NCBI GenBank assembly: GCA_965263355.1
Contig: CBDHHL010000056.1
Coordinates: 2,080,001 to 2,144,000, forward strand
Reading direction: 5' to 3'
DNA: 64,000 nt
Source: Leptolyngbyaceae cyanobacterium
GTDB lineage: Bacteria; Cyanobacteriota; Cyanobacteriia; Phormidesmidales; Phormidesmidaceae
Within the stretch, counting starts at the first letter, position 1. Each line of letters begins with the position of its first letter. The translations under genes and the position numbers were made by a program. The notes under the pieces were generated by a model, which ran no database searches, was not told where the DNA came from, and worked only from the letters and a program-made list of their open reading frames with translations. Shown here in pieces: positions 1 to 8,885 of the stretch.

Positions 1-398
1 GTTTAGGGGTTGAAGAATATTTTCAATATGATCCTACTGCTGATTATTTGGTTCCACAGTTACAGGGAGCACGCTTGGTAGATGGTTGCTATGAACCATT
101 GCCAGTCCAGCACACAGAGGAAAACATTGCTTATATCCGCAGTCAGGTACTTGGTTTAGATTTGCAGCTACGTAACGTCTTCAAGGGAATTGGTATCGCA
201 CCATTACCTAAAGCACTACGGTTTTATGATCCTCAAACTAACCGCATCTTACCTAGTCAAGAGGAAGTGCTCGAAGAACGCAATAACACCTTACAGGCAT
301 TGGATAATGCCGAGCAGCGGGCAGATTCGGCAGAGCAGCGGGCGGCAGCATTAGCGGAGAAGTTGCGATCGCTCGGCATCGATCCAGAGGAGGTTTAG
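1..398 (+). CDS. Uma2 family (PD-(D/E)xK) endonuclease-like protein, 5'-truncated by window edge
   Basis: Frame reads LGVEEYFQYDP from the window start; C-terminal AEQRAAALAEKLRSLGIDP tail typical of cyanobacterial Uma2 proteins. Confidence 0.85.
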   Translation, partial: LGVEEYFQYDPTADYLVPQLQGARLVDGCYEPLPVQHTEENIAYIRSQVLGLDLQLRNVFKGIGIAPLPKALRFYDPQTNRILPSQEEVLEERNNTLQALDNAEQRADSAEQRAAALAEKLRSLGIDPEEV

Positions 399-1009
399 AT
401 TCCTGACGCAAATACTGCATCTACGGTCAAATCCAACCCAGGAAATACTCCAGAAATCAATTTTTCTCCTGTTACAAATCGTCGCATTTGATATTCGTCT
501 CCATCTAGCTGGCAGATCGTAATCGTCGGCTGCTTCGGCTTGCCAATATGACGTACGGCCCCTAAGGCTCGAAAATCAACCAGCCAATATTCAGCAATGC
601 CCATGGCCTCATATTCAACAAACTTGTGTCCATAGTCATCCCGCCAGTTAGTGCTCACCACCTCCACCACCAGGGGGGCTGTTTTACCATCTTGTATCAC
701 TGAAGCTGTTGGCCATAGAGATTCCTGCTTTAATAAGTCACGATTAAGGACGACCACATCAGGCATATAGCCTGAGCCTTCGGCGTGAGGTTTCACTAAA
801 CAAGTACGAGGAATTGAGTAAGGCAACTTATTTCGCCGAATTGCAAAATTAAATTCTGCGCTCAAAAAGCCAGCGATATCTTCATGGGGACCTGTTGGCA
901 ACATCTCAACCACAACTCCCTCAATCAATTCATACCGACGGCCATCGTCTGGATACCACTCCAGAAACGCTTCAAAACTCATCGGGCTGACTACCCGCGC
1001 CTGAACCAT
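395..1009 (-). CDS. Uma2 family endonuclease-like protein
   Basis: YELIEG, PDVVV, LVVEVVS and GIAEYWLVD motifs. Confidence 0.9.
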   Translation of the reverse strand: MVQARVVSPMSFEAFLEWYPDDGRRYELIEGVVVEMLPTGPHEDIAGFLSAEFNFAIRRNKLPYSIPRTCLVKPHAEGSGYMPDVVVLNRDLLKQESLWPTASVIQDGKTAPLVVEVVSTNWRDDYGHKFVEYEAMGIAEYWLVDFRALGAVRHIGKPKQPTITICQLDGDEYQMRRFVTGEKLISGVFPGLDLTVDAVFASGI

Positions 1010-1063
1010 AAGGAATCCTCAATTTGGTCTAAAGTCTGAGGTTAGACCTAGTATAGGCTCAAT

Positions 1064-1318
1064 TTATCCAGCGGTAATGTTCTGCCAGAGTTCAGAGATG
1101 GGGAAGGTTTGGCGGGATTGGGCTTGCTGGGTGGCGGTTTGCAGGTCTGCGAGGATTTGGCTGTTGGGTTCTTGCTCGTCAATGGGGTCAAGGCCGCTGC
1201 TGTTTTGAAGGATTGCTAGCAGTGTTTCCCACAGGTCTACCGGAATGAGGACATCGGTTTTTTCTCCGGCAGCGTTGGTGAGGTAGCGGACTTGGTTGGT
1301 GATTTTGGAGGAAAGCAT
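1064..1318 (-). CDS. Small protein resembling a type II antitoxin; no cognate toxin adjacent
   Basis: YLTNAAGEKTDVLIP N-terminus and FPISELW C-terminus resemble small cyanobacterial antitoxins. Confidence 0.5.
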   Translation of the reverse strand: MLSSKITNQVRYLTNAAGEKTDVLIPVDLWETLLAILQNSSGLDPIDEQEPNSQILADLQTATQQAQSRQTFPISELWQNITAG

Positions 1319-1356
1319 TGTCGAATTCTATAACTTGGTTGATAGGGCTATAAAAA

Positions 1357-1706
1357 CTAGGTAGCTAGCTTAAACGTATGTACGAGGCTCTGATTCAGAC
1401 GTTGCATGAGGTCAGGCCCTAAATTACCCAGGCGTCTTCGCAAAAGACGGCGTTCTAAGGTTACGATTCTGCCAACACGAACCTTAGAGGTTACTTTCAG
1501 ACCGCTTTGAGCAAACTCTGGTACCTCAGCTTCAATCAGAAATTCATCGTCAGTGAGGCGGTTGAGGTTTTGGGATGAGATGAAACATAGGGTAATGTCA
1601 TTGCCGTTGGGATCGCCCCATAGAATAATAGCGGGTCTGAGCTTGGTCTGGCTTAGATCGGTAAAGGGAAAGGAACTAGGACGATGTCGCCTTTAACGAG
1701 GGTCAT
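1357..1706 (-). pseudogene. PemK/MazF family toxin, frameshifted
   Basis: Hand translation MTLVKGDIVLVPFP, then a 1-nt deficit in CCTTTCCCTTTACC, then TDLSQTKLRPAIILW...SGLKVTSKVRVGRIVTL...LAT*; ATG overlaps the upstream gene's TGA. Confidence 0.8.
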
Positions 1707-1924
1707 AGGGCAGACTCTCCGATGGGTTCTCCATCTTCTAGGCTGTAGAGGTCGGGTTCTTCGGCAAGGAAGTGAAAACTGCTGCCCTGTAGGGCTAAGG
1801 TGATCAGCTCAAAGGCTGTGGGATAGGCCGTGTCGAAAAATAGCTTTTCCTCCAGGGCGGATTGTTCTGCAGTTGATAGGGACCGAATGATTTGAACCAG
1901 GGAATCAATGAGTTGGGTGTTCAT
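1703..1924 (-). CDS. Putative antitoxin partner of the MazF-like pseudogene
   Basis: MNTQLIDSLVQIIRSL...FLAEEPDLYSLEDGEP; ATGA overlap with the toxin start. Confidence 0.65.
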   Translation of the reverse strand: MNTQLIDSLVQIIRSLSTAEQSALEEKLFFDTAYPTAFELITLALQGSSFHFLAEEPDLYSLEDGEPIGESAL

Positions 1925-1971
1925 GGGTGTATTCGATGTGGTGATGGCGGATAGGTCTATGCTAACGGGCT

Positions 1972-2112
1972 TTAGAGTTGACCTTTGAAGGCTTTGTCGA
2001 GGATGGCGGGGAGTAGGACGTCGAGTTCGGTGGCGGTTTGGGTTTGGAGGGTGCGGAGGGTGTTGATTGTTGTTTGGAGCTTGTCGAGGTAAGTGACCAT
2101 TTGTTTTTGAAA
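1972..2112 (-). pseudogene. hsdS: 3' remnant of type I restriction-modification specificity subunit
   Basis: QKQMVTYLDKLQTTINTLRTLQTQTATELDVLLPAILDKAFKGQL* matches the conserved HsdS C-terminal helix; no upstream TRD. Confidence 0.8.
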
Positions 2113-2436
2113 GAAGGGCATGCGACAAGGCCAGCTGCAAACAATTTTAGAATCAACTCTTTTACGTGTCGTATCTCCTGTAGTTGTCGAGAGATAATCT
2201 TCTATGTCTACAGAAGCCTGAATCAAACAATACATAAAACACTGACAAATCTGTCGATGGCTGAGTGCTAACTAAAGCATCTGCTATAGTTGCCGTTGAT
2301 AGATATAGTAGGTAAATATTTTTTCTATCTTCTCCCTTAGTACTTACTGATGTGACAGTACCGATGATCGAAACTATATATCTGTAGAGAAATAGTCTAG
2401 AGATGAATAATAAAGCTTCAAGCTCCTACTGCTTAT

Positions 2437-5178
2437 TTAAATTGCTGCTTTTTGCAAAAAATCGATTAGGTGCTTATAAGTTACAGGTAATATACTCGTC
2501 AACTCCTTACGTCTCTTTAACCACTCTCTTCTTTCTTTCCAGTTAGTTTTATGATACTCCTGACTATAAGCAGTTGACCTACTGCTATAGTTTCGAAATT
2601 CATGACATTTCATAAGTCCAGGCAAAGTCATTGGAGCAAGATTTTTCATTTCCGATATCATATTTTTCATCCCATTAATGTTTCTCTCTGGGCATTGTCG
2701 TTGGGTTATTCCATCAAGTAAAACTTGGTGGAATGAATCACTGTACAAAATAAATAACTCAGGTTCTCTCTCATAATATCCTTTTGCTTTGCATACATTC
2801 TTCAGTGCCGCATCATAGGCGTCTTTGCCCAGGAAAGATTTAAGATTTATTTTTACTCCTATCTCCTGAGGTAATTTAAAGAAATGAATCATATAGTCAG
2901 TAATACCGTCTGTAGAATCTTCTTCCACAAGAAAGTAGTTACTTATGAACCAGCTTGGATAGTTATTAAAGTATTCATAACTATATCCTCTTGAAGCCAT
3001 AAGATATCCAATCACCAAATTAAAATCATCAGATATTTTTTGCCCATTTGAGTAAAGCTCATCAAAAAGCCTCATTGTAATCTCTGGAAACTCCTTAAAG
3101 ACTTTCACAATAAGAGATACATAAAAAGGTAAGTCGTTTTCATGGTTCTGTTTTTTCAATTCTGTCCTCAGTAAATCAGGCAGGATAGAATTTATATCTT
3201 CTCTCTCACTTAAAATATCTAATAAACTTCTTTTTAGTATCCAGTGAGTTTCAGCTTTTTCTAAACTTGAAAAGCTGAACGAGAGAACCTCTTTTATATT
3301 TATTTGATCCTTGAAAAGTTTATGTTCTAAAATTTTTGCTGTACACCAATCGTGTGGTAGTGAAGACTTTACTAGATGAATTAGAGATTCAGAAATGTCA
3401 TCATAATCATCAAATTTATTTAGGTAATAAATACAGACATCAGTTAAATAAGGATAGTCATATAATACCTCCAATACTATTTTTTTCGCCCAGCTAAGTG
3501 GGTTTAGTCGAAATAATGAAAACTTGAAGTTTGTCGAATCCTTAATAATAACTTCCCCTTCCGAATTCTGTTCAAAAGATGACTTTAAGATATCCTCCAA
3601 GGCTTCTTGCTTTGTCTCATCATCCTTTTCAGCAAGATATAGACTTATGAGGCTATTTTCTCCCTTTAGGATTTCATCCACATTATTTGGTTTCTTAATT
3701 TCTGTTTTTCCACTTTGTGGAATTAGGGAAAGTTCTCTGGCATTTATATCAAGCTCAATCAGCCCTTTTGTGACAGATATCTTGTCTTTACCCATCAACA
3801 TGATGTCATCAACATATCGCAGGTAAATGAAGTCATGTCTTATGGCTAATGCATGCATTTTCTTGTCCAAATGGTGAAGATATATATTAGCTAAAGCTTG
3901 TGAAGCGCATGGTCCTTGTGGAATTCCTTGAGAATAATTAAAGCTGACTTCTTTAGGCTTGCACCATTTATCTAAAGCTCTTAGGAATTGTCTCCTAAGA
4001 CTTTTATCAAAGGTATTTACTGCGACTTCAACTAAAATCTTATGATCTATAACATCATAGAAAGAAGCAAGGTCAAATTTGCAAATCCATTGGAAACCTG
4101 AATCGAATTTAGTCCTAATAGTATTCTTGTATGCTTCATATTCATCTTTCCAACTTGAAAGAAAAAATATACTTTTAGGACTGTCTATATTGAATCCACC
4201 ATAAACAAGATTTTTGCGAAAACGCTTTATCTCTTCCAATCTAGCTTCACAGACGAGATTGGCTACAGCTTGATAAAATATTTGATCTTTTACAGATAGA
4301 ACCGTAATGGGTCTAACTAAGCCTGAATTCTTTGGTAAATAATACTTGCTGGAACCAGATGGACTGTAGGTTTCATTTCTTATCTCTAGAGATAGAAGAT
4401 TTATCTTTTCCTTCTGATTCCAGCCAAATGCTTCATAAGATTCTAAATTCAGTTGCTTATAATCTTTGTTGCTGCTCGTCAATACTCTTTGCCAAGCTAG
4501 GCTTAGATTTTCTTCCCTAGACAGACTCTCAATGGTAAATAAGTTTGAGTTTTTTTGGGAAGTGCTTATACAAAATATTCTTTTATTTTCTTTGTCTTCT
4601 TGTAATTTAGAGGTAGCGTCTTCCTGTGAAGATGCTGGTGGATTATTATTGGCAATGTTTTCTCTCCTTTCTCCCTGTTGGTTAAGGGTTTTCGAAGGTC
4701 TGACAGGTAATGTTTCGCTATTCTTTCGCCTGATGTTAGATATTACTTTTTCAATTTCTTTAGAGATTTCTTGAAAGGCAAGGTCTTTTGATTCCCATCT
4801 GGTTACTGGTTGATTATTGGAGGGCAATGATTTCAGCTTTTCAAAAGGAGTGCCTTCAAAGCCTACGGGGCGTAACAAAATCGGAATTACACATGCATTT
4901 CCAGAATTATGGCGTTTCATAGCCAGCTTGACCTCAATTTCATAGCAATAGTCTGATGCTATGAAATCTACACTTACCAAAAGAAGAATGATATCAGCGG
5001 TTTTAAGATTACGGTCTATTTCATCGTCTTTCTCAGCACCTGCAAGAATTTCCTGGTCATGCCAACTGTGGATGACTTTCCGTCTTTCAAGGATTATGAG
5101 GTGTTTGGCTAACTCTGCTCTTAGCTCCTCATCCTTGTGGGAATAAGAAAAGAAAACTGATATCGGTTTTTCCGTCAT
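2437..5178 (-). CDS. TIR domain - reverse transcriptase fusion, probable anti-phage RT (UG/Abi/DRT-like)
   Basis: N-terminal TIR (VFFSYSHKD, SWHDQEILAG, SDYCYEIE); RT motifs PKNSGLVRPI, KFDLASFYDVIDH, GIPQG, YLRYVDD; long C-terminal extension; AT-rich. Confidence 0.9.
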   Translation of the reverse strand: MTEKPISVFFSYSHKDEELRAELAKHLIILERRKVIHSWHDQEILAGAEKDDEIDRNLKTADIILLLVSVDFIASDYCYEIEVKLAMKRHNSGNACVIPILLRPVGFEGTPFEKLKSLPSNNQPVTRWESKDLAFQEISKEIEKVISNIRRKNSETLPVRPSKTLNQQGERRENIANNNPPASSQEDATSKLQEDKENKRIFCISTSQKNSNLFTIESLSREENLSLAWQRVLTSSNKDYKQLNLESYEAFGWNQKEKINLLSLEIRNETYSPSGSSKYYLPKNSGLVRPITVLSVKDQIFYQAVANLVCEARLEEIKRFRKNLVYGGFNIDSPKSIFFLSSWKDEYEAYKNTIRTKFDSGFQWICKFDLASFYDVIDHKILVEVAVNTFDKSLRRQFLRALDKWCKPKEVSFNYSQGIPQGPCASQALANIYLHHLDKKMHALAIRHDFIYLRYVDDIMLMGKDKISVTKGLIELDINARELSLIPQSGKTEIKKPNNVDEILKGENSLISLYLAEKDDETKQEALEDILKSSFEQNSEGEVIIKDSTNFKFSLFRLNPLSWAKKIVLEVLYDYPYLTDVCIYYLNKFDDYDDISESLIHLVKSSLPHDWCTAKILEHKLFKDQINIKEVLSFSFSSLEKAETHWILKRSLLDILSEREDINSILPDLLRTELKKQNHENDLPFYVSLIVKVFKEFPEITMRLFDELYSNGQKISDDFNLVIGYLMASRGYSYEYFNNYPSWFISNYFLVEEDSTDGITDYMIHFFKLPQEIGVKINLKSFLGKDAYDAALKNVCKAKGYYEREPELFILYSDSFHQVLLDGITQRQCPERNINGMKNMISEMKNLAPMTLPGLMKCHEFRNYSSRSTAYSQEYHKTNWKERREWLKRRKELTSILPVTYKHLIDFLQKAAI

Positions 5179-5289
5179 CCTACAACGGTTATATTGCTAA
5201 GCTGTGCCAATGATAGCCTTGAACTTTAAGATAGTCAGGCATTAGCAGAAGGAAGAACCTGATGTAGCTAATTCTTTTGCGCTCGACTG

Positions 5290-5371
5290 CCGTCGAGTGA
5301 GGCTCACGCTCCCACACAACCTCTTGAAGCTTGGGTAATACATACTTTCGACAGCTATCAGCTTCACTCAT
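5290..5371 (-). pseudogene. hsdR: 5' remnant of type I restriction endonuclease subunit R (EcoAI/EcoEI-like)
   Basis: MSEADSCRKYVLPKLQEVVWEREPHS matches the EAD(T/S)CRKY..PKL...W N-terminus of these HsdR proteins, then diverges. Confidence 0.7.
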
Positions 5372-5598
5372 GGTCAAGACGGTTGAAAAATTATCGTCAG
5401 AGAGCAAAATAACGACTAAACTGCCTGTCACCTACGCCCTTCTATATAGTTCACCCATAAATCAAACAAAACTGATAGTTTTTTAGCAGAAATTTCAACA
5501 TTCGTTATGCGTCACACGCTAGACGTCTTACTTTTTGGCTCAAATCAGTTCCAATCAATTCAGCTAAAATAAGCGCAGTATATTCCCGGGCTAATGCA

Positions 5599-6192
5599 AT
5601 GGTTGCTTTGCCGTCTCTACCCTTCGATACCCACACACTCAAACGCTGGAGCGTGGACGAATACCATCGCATGGCAGAGACTGGGCTATTGGCTGAGTGC
5701 GATCGCACAGAACTTCTGGCAGGACAGATCATCCTTATGATTGCCAAAGGCACCCCCCACGTCACCGCCCTTCGCCTAGTAGCAACCGCCTTAGATCAGG
5801 CATTAGCCAATCAGCCATTCTTCGTCAGCACCCAAGACCCCATTCAGTTGGACGACTATTCAGAACCTGAACCTGACCTAGCCATTGTTAAAGGCAATTT
5901 TCTAGACTACGCCGCCCATCATCCCACCCCACAAGATATTTGCCTGGTGGTTGAAGTGGCCGATTCCACCCTAAAGCAAGACTGCGAAGTCAAAGACAAA
6001 CTCTATGCCCAAGCTGGCATCAACGATTACTGGGTGTTGGACCTACCCCATCGACAGCTGCACATTTTTCGCACACCCACCACGACTGGCTATACCAGCC
6101 ACCTCATCCTTAAACAAGATCAGCAAATCTCTCCCCTAGCCTTTCCAGAGATTATGCTGTCCTTAGAAAAGTTGTTGCCACCTGTTGTCTAA
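5599..6192 (+). CDS. Uma2 family endonuclease-like protein
   Basis: WSVDEYHRM, SEPEPDLAIV, LVVEVADST, YAQAGINDYWVLD. Confidence 0.9.
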   Translation: MVALPSLPFDTHTLKRWSVDEYHRMAETGLLAECDRTELLAGQIILMIAKGTPHVTALRLVATALDQALANQPFFVSTQDPIQLDDYSEPEPDLAIVKGNFLDYAAHHPTPQDICLVVEVADSTLKQDCEVKDKLYAQAGINDYWVLDLPHRQLHIFRTPTTTGYTSHLILKQDQQISPLAFPEIMLSLEKLLPPVV

Positions 6193-6213
6193 TCTGGCAA
6201 TGATCAGCACCAT

Positions 6214-6250
6214 AAAAAAAGCTGCGATGGCGCTTAACACCATCACAGCT
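6214..6250 (-). terminator. Intrinsic terminator of typA
   Basis: Minus strand AGCTGTGATGG/CCATCGCAGCT stem followed by a T run. Confidence 0.75.
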
Positions 6251-6279
6251 ATTCAAAAGCTTTTAATCAATCAAACCGT

Positions 6280-8076
6280 TTAACGCTTAGCAAGCTTTTT
6301 TTTAGGCATCTTGCGCAGACGAATGGACTCCGGAGTTACTTCCACCATCTCATCCGATGCAATGTACTCCAGCGCTCGCTCCAGACCCATTTCCTGAGGT
6401 GCCTGTAGCTGAACCAATTCATCACCACTCGCCGCTCGGTGGTTGGTAAGCTGCTTCTTAGCCTTACAGATGTTTAGCTCCAGATCCTGGGGACGATTAT
6501 TTTCCCCAACAATCATGCCCTTATACACCTTGGTACCCGGCTCAATAAAGAAGATGCCGCGATCTTCAGCATTCTTCAGCGCGTAGAATGTGGCCACGCC
6601 TTCTTCAAAGGAAATCAGCACACCATTGCGGCGAGCAGCCACCTCCCCAGACATGGGCCGATACTCCAAGAAACTGTGGTTCATAATGCCCTCACCGCGA
6701 GTTTGACGCATAAACTCACCTCGGAAGCCAATCAAACCACGGGCCGGTACTACAAACTCAAGCTGGGCACGGCCATTGCCGTCCACCATCATGTCTTGCA
6801 TTTCACCACGACGCTGACCCAAACGCTCCATACAGCCACCCACAGCATCTTCAGGCACGTCCATCACCAGCTGCTCGTAGGGCTCACAGGGCTGACCGTT
6901 TACTTCACGGAAAATTACCTGAGGCTGAGATACCTGAAACTCGTAGCCTTCCCGACGCATGGTTTCAATCAAAATGCCGAGGTGAAGTTCACCCCGACCC
7001 GATACTCCAAAACGGTCGGGGGAGTCAGTTTCTTCCACACGCAAAGCAACGTTGGTTTCCAATTCGCGCATTAAGCGATCGCGAATCTGACGTGACGTAA
7101 CAAACTTACCTTCTTTACCCGCAAACGGAGAGTCATTCACCGCAAAGGTCATCTGCAGAGTGGGCTCATCCACCTTAATCAATGGCAAGGCTTGGGGATT
7201 CTCAGGAGACGTCAGCGTTTCACCAATGTTGGCATCCGCAAAACCAGCCACTGCCACAATATTGCCAGCCGTCGCTTCTTCAATTTCAGTACGCTGCAGG
7301 CCTTCAAACCCCATCAGCTTAGAAATTTTAGACTTAACGATTGAGCCGTCTTCTCTAACCAAAGCCACCTGCTCACCCGCATGAATCCTCCCGTTGTGGA
7401 CCTTACCAATGACGATGCGGCCAAGGTACTCGGAGTAAGCCAGGGTGGTCACCTGCAGCTGTAAGGGCTTTTCAGAATCACCCACTGGCGGTGGCACATG
7501 GTGCAAAATCCCCTCAAATAGAGGCTGCATATCCTTGTCTTCGTCTTCTAGCGAATTTTTGGCATAGCCAGATAGACCGGACGCAAACAGATAAGGAAAA
7601 TCGCACTGGTCATCATCAGCCCCCAGCTCGATAAATAAATCCAGCACCTTATCAACCGCACCCATGGGTTCTGCCCGAGGCCGGTCAATCTTATTGACCA
7701 CTACGATGGGTCGCAACCCTTTCTCCAGGGCCTTCTTGAGTACAAACCGGGTTTGGGGCATTGGCCCTTCATTCGCATCCACAATCAGGATGCAGCCATC
7801 TACCATCCCGAGAACCCGTTCTACTTCACCACCAAAATCTGCGTGGCCAGGGGTATCAACAATATTGATTAGAGTGTCTTTATAATGAACTGCCGTGTTC
7901 TTGGAAAGAATCGTGATCCCACGCTCACGCTCCAGATCATTGGAGTCCATGACACAGGTGGGTACCTCTTCACCTTCCCGGAAGATACCGGACTGTTGAA
8001 GCAGGGAGTCAACCAGGGTGGTCTTACCGTGGTCTACGTGGGCGATAATTGCAACGTTGCGGATGGGAAGGCTCAT
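6280..8076 (-). CDS. typA: Translational GTPase TypA/BipA
   Basis: [31 protein letters not shown]. Confidence 0.97.
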   Translation of the reverse strand: MSLPIRNVAIIAHVDHGKTTLVDSLLQQSGIFREGEEVPTCVMDSNDLERERGITILSKNTAVHYKDTLINIVDTPGHADFGGEVERVLGMVDGCILIVDANEGPMPQTRFVLKKALEKGLRPIVVVNKIDRPRAEPMGAVDKVLDLFIELGADDDQCDFPYLFASGLSGYAKNSLEDEDKDMQPLFEGILHHVPPPVGDSEKPLQLQVTTLAYSEYLGRIVIGKVHNGRIHAGEQVALVREDGSIVKSKISKLMGFEGLQRTEIEEATAGNIVAVAGFADANIGETLTSPENPQALPLIKVDEPTLQMTFAVNDSPFAGKEGKFVTSRQIRDRLMRELETNVALRVEETDSPDRFGVSGRGELHLGILIETMRREGYEFQVSQPQVIFREVNGQPCEPYEQLVMDVPEDAVGGCMERLGQRRGEMQDMMVDGNGRAQLEFVVPARGLIGFRGEFMRQTRGEGIMNHSFLEYRPMSGEVAARRNGVLISFEEGVATFYALKNAEDRGIFFIEPGTKVYKGMIVGENNRPQDLELNICKAKKQLTNHRAASGDELVQLQAPQEMGLERALEYIASDEMVEVTPESIRLRKMPKKKLAKR

Positions 8077-8283
8077 TGGATTGGAACTTCCAGAACTAGC
8101 GGCGTGATGTTTCGTAAAAAACCTTTACAATTGTAGCTTAGATAGCAAAGATCTCAGGCAAAAGCGGTCGGCATTTGCCAAAGTTTTCCGTTACAAAGTT
8201 CCTGATCTCAGGAAAGTACTAACACTCTCATCAAGAAATATTCAGAGATTCTGCGGACTGATTACCCATCGTCCATGCTCCAC

Positions 8284-8311
8284 GCAGGGGCATTGCATGC
8301 AATGCCCCTAC
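8284..8311. repeat. GTAG-type REP-like palindrome; related copies at 13140-13166, 41016-41065, 45676-45703 and 51156-51187
   Basis: GCAGGGGCATTGCATGCAATGCCCCTAC and variants in intergenic regions. Confidence 0.75.
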
Positions 8312-8452
8312 CCATTGCCTTTATCCCTGCAATCCTCACCTTCCAGTTCGGTTCTGCCCACTATGGGAACTTCAGCCACTTTGTTAGATTGATATCACAG
8401 CGGCGGATAAGCCAAAACAGCCGCTACCAACGATGTTTTGAGTGAGGTCAAT

Positions 8453-8800
8453 ATGACTAACCGATCTGACAACAATGCCAACTCTGGTTTTGTTGGTGGG
8501 GCTGCTGTAAAGGGCAATTCTCTAATGCAGTATGTCCAGTCCATGGAACCGGAAACGATTGCTAAACTGTCACGGCCCGTATCGGGTGACGTGATGCAGG
8601 CAATGGAACACAATATTATTGCGATGCTGGGGGGGCTTCCCGCCGAGGGGTTTGATGTTTCTATCACCACCAGCCGTGAAAATCTGGGCCGTTTACTGGC
8701 GTCAGCCATGATGGGTGGCTATTTCCTCAAGGGTGCTGAGCAGCGCTTAGCGATGGAAACCTCGTTTATGGGTGTTTTAGAAACTGAGGCGACTGAATAA
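8453..8800 (+). CDS. DUF760 domain protein
   Basis: NSLMQYVQSMEPETIAKLS, ENLGRLLASAMMGGYFL. Confidence 0.85.
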   Translation: MTNRSDNNANSGFVGGAAVKGNSLMQYVQSMEPETIAKLSRPVSGDVMQAMEHNIIAMLGGLPAEGFDVSITTSRENLGRLLASAMMGGYFLKGAEQRLAMETSFMGVLETEATE

Positions 8801-8885
8801 CTCATAGTAGGCTTGCATCAAGCTAAAAGTTTTGGCTAGGGCGTTTAAATAGTGCAGTGCATGGTGCATAGCGAAGTGATCCACA

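Noticed and set aside
1925..2140. N-terminal extension of ORF 1703..2140
   Set aside because: Pro/Arg-rich off-frame reading of the hsdS remnant; the ATG at 1924 is the more credible start
2437..5178. Group II intron, DGR or classical retron
   Set aside because: No intron RNA space or domain V, no TR/VR pair or avd, and no VTG/NAxxH motifs or clear a1/a2-bounded msr-msd seen
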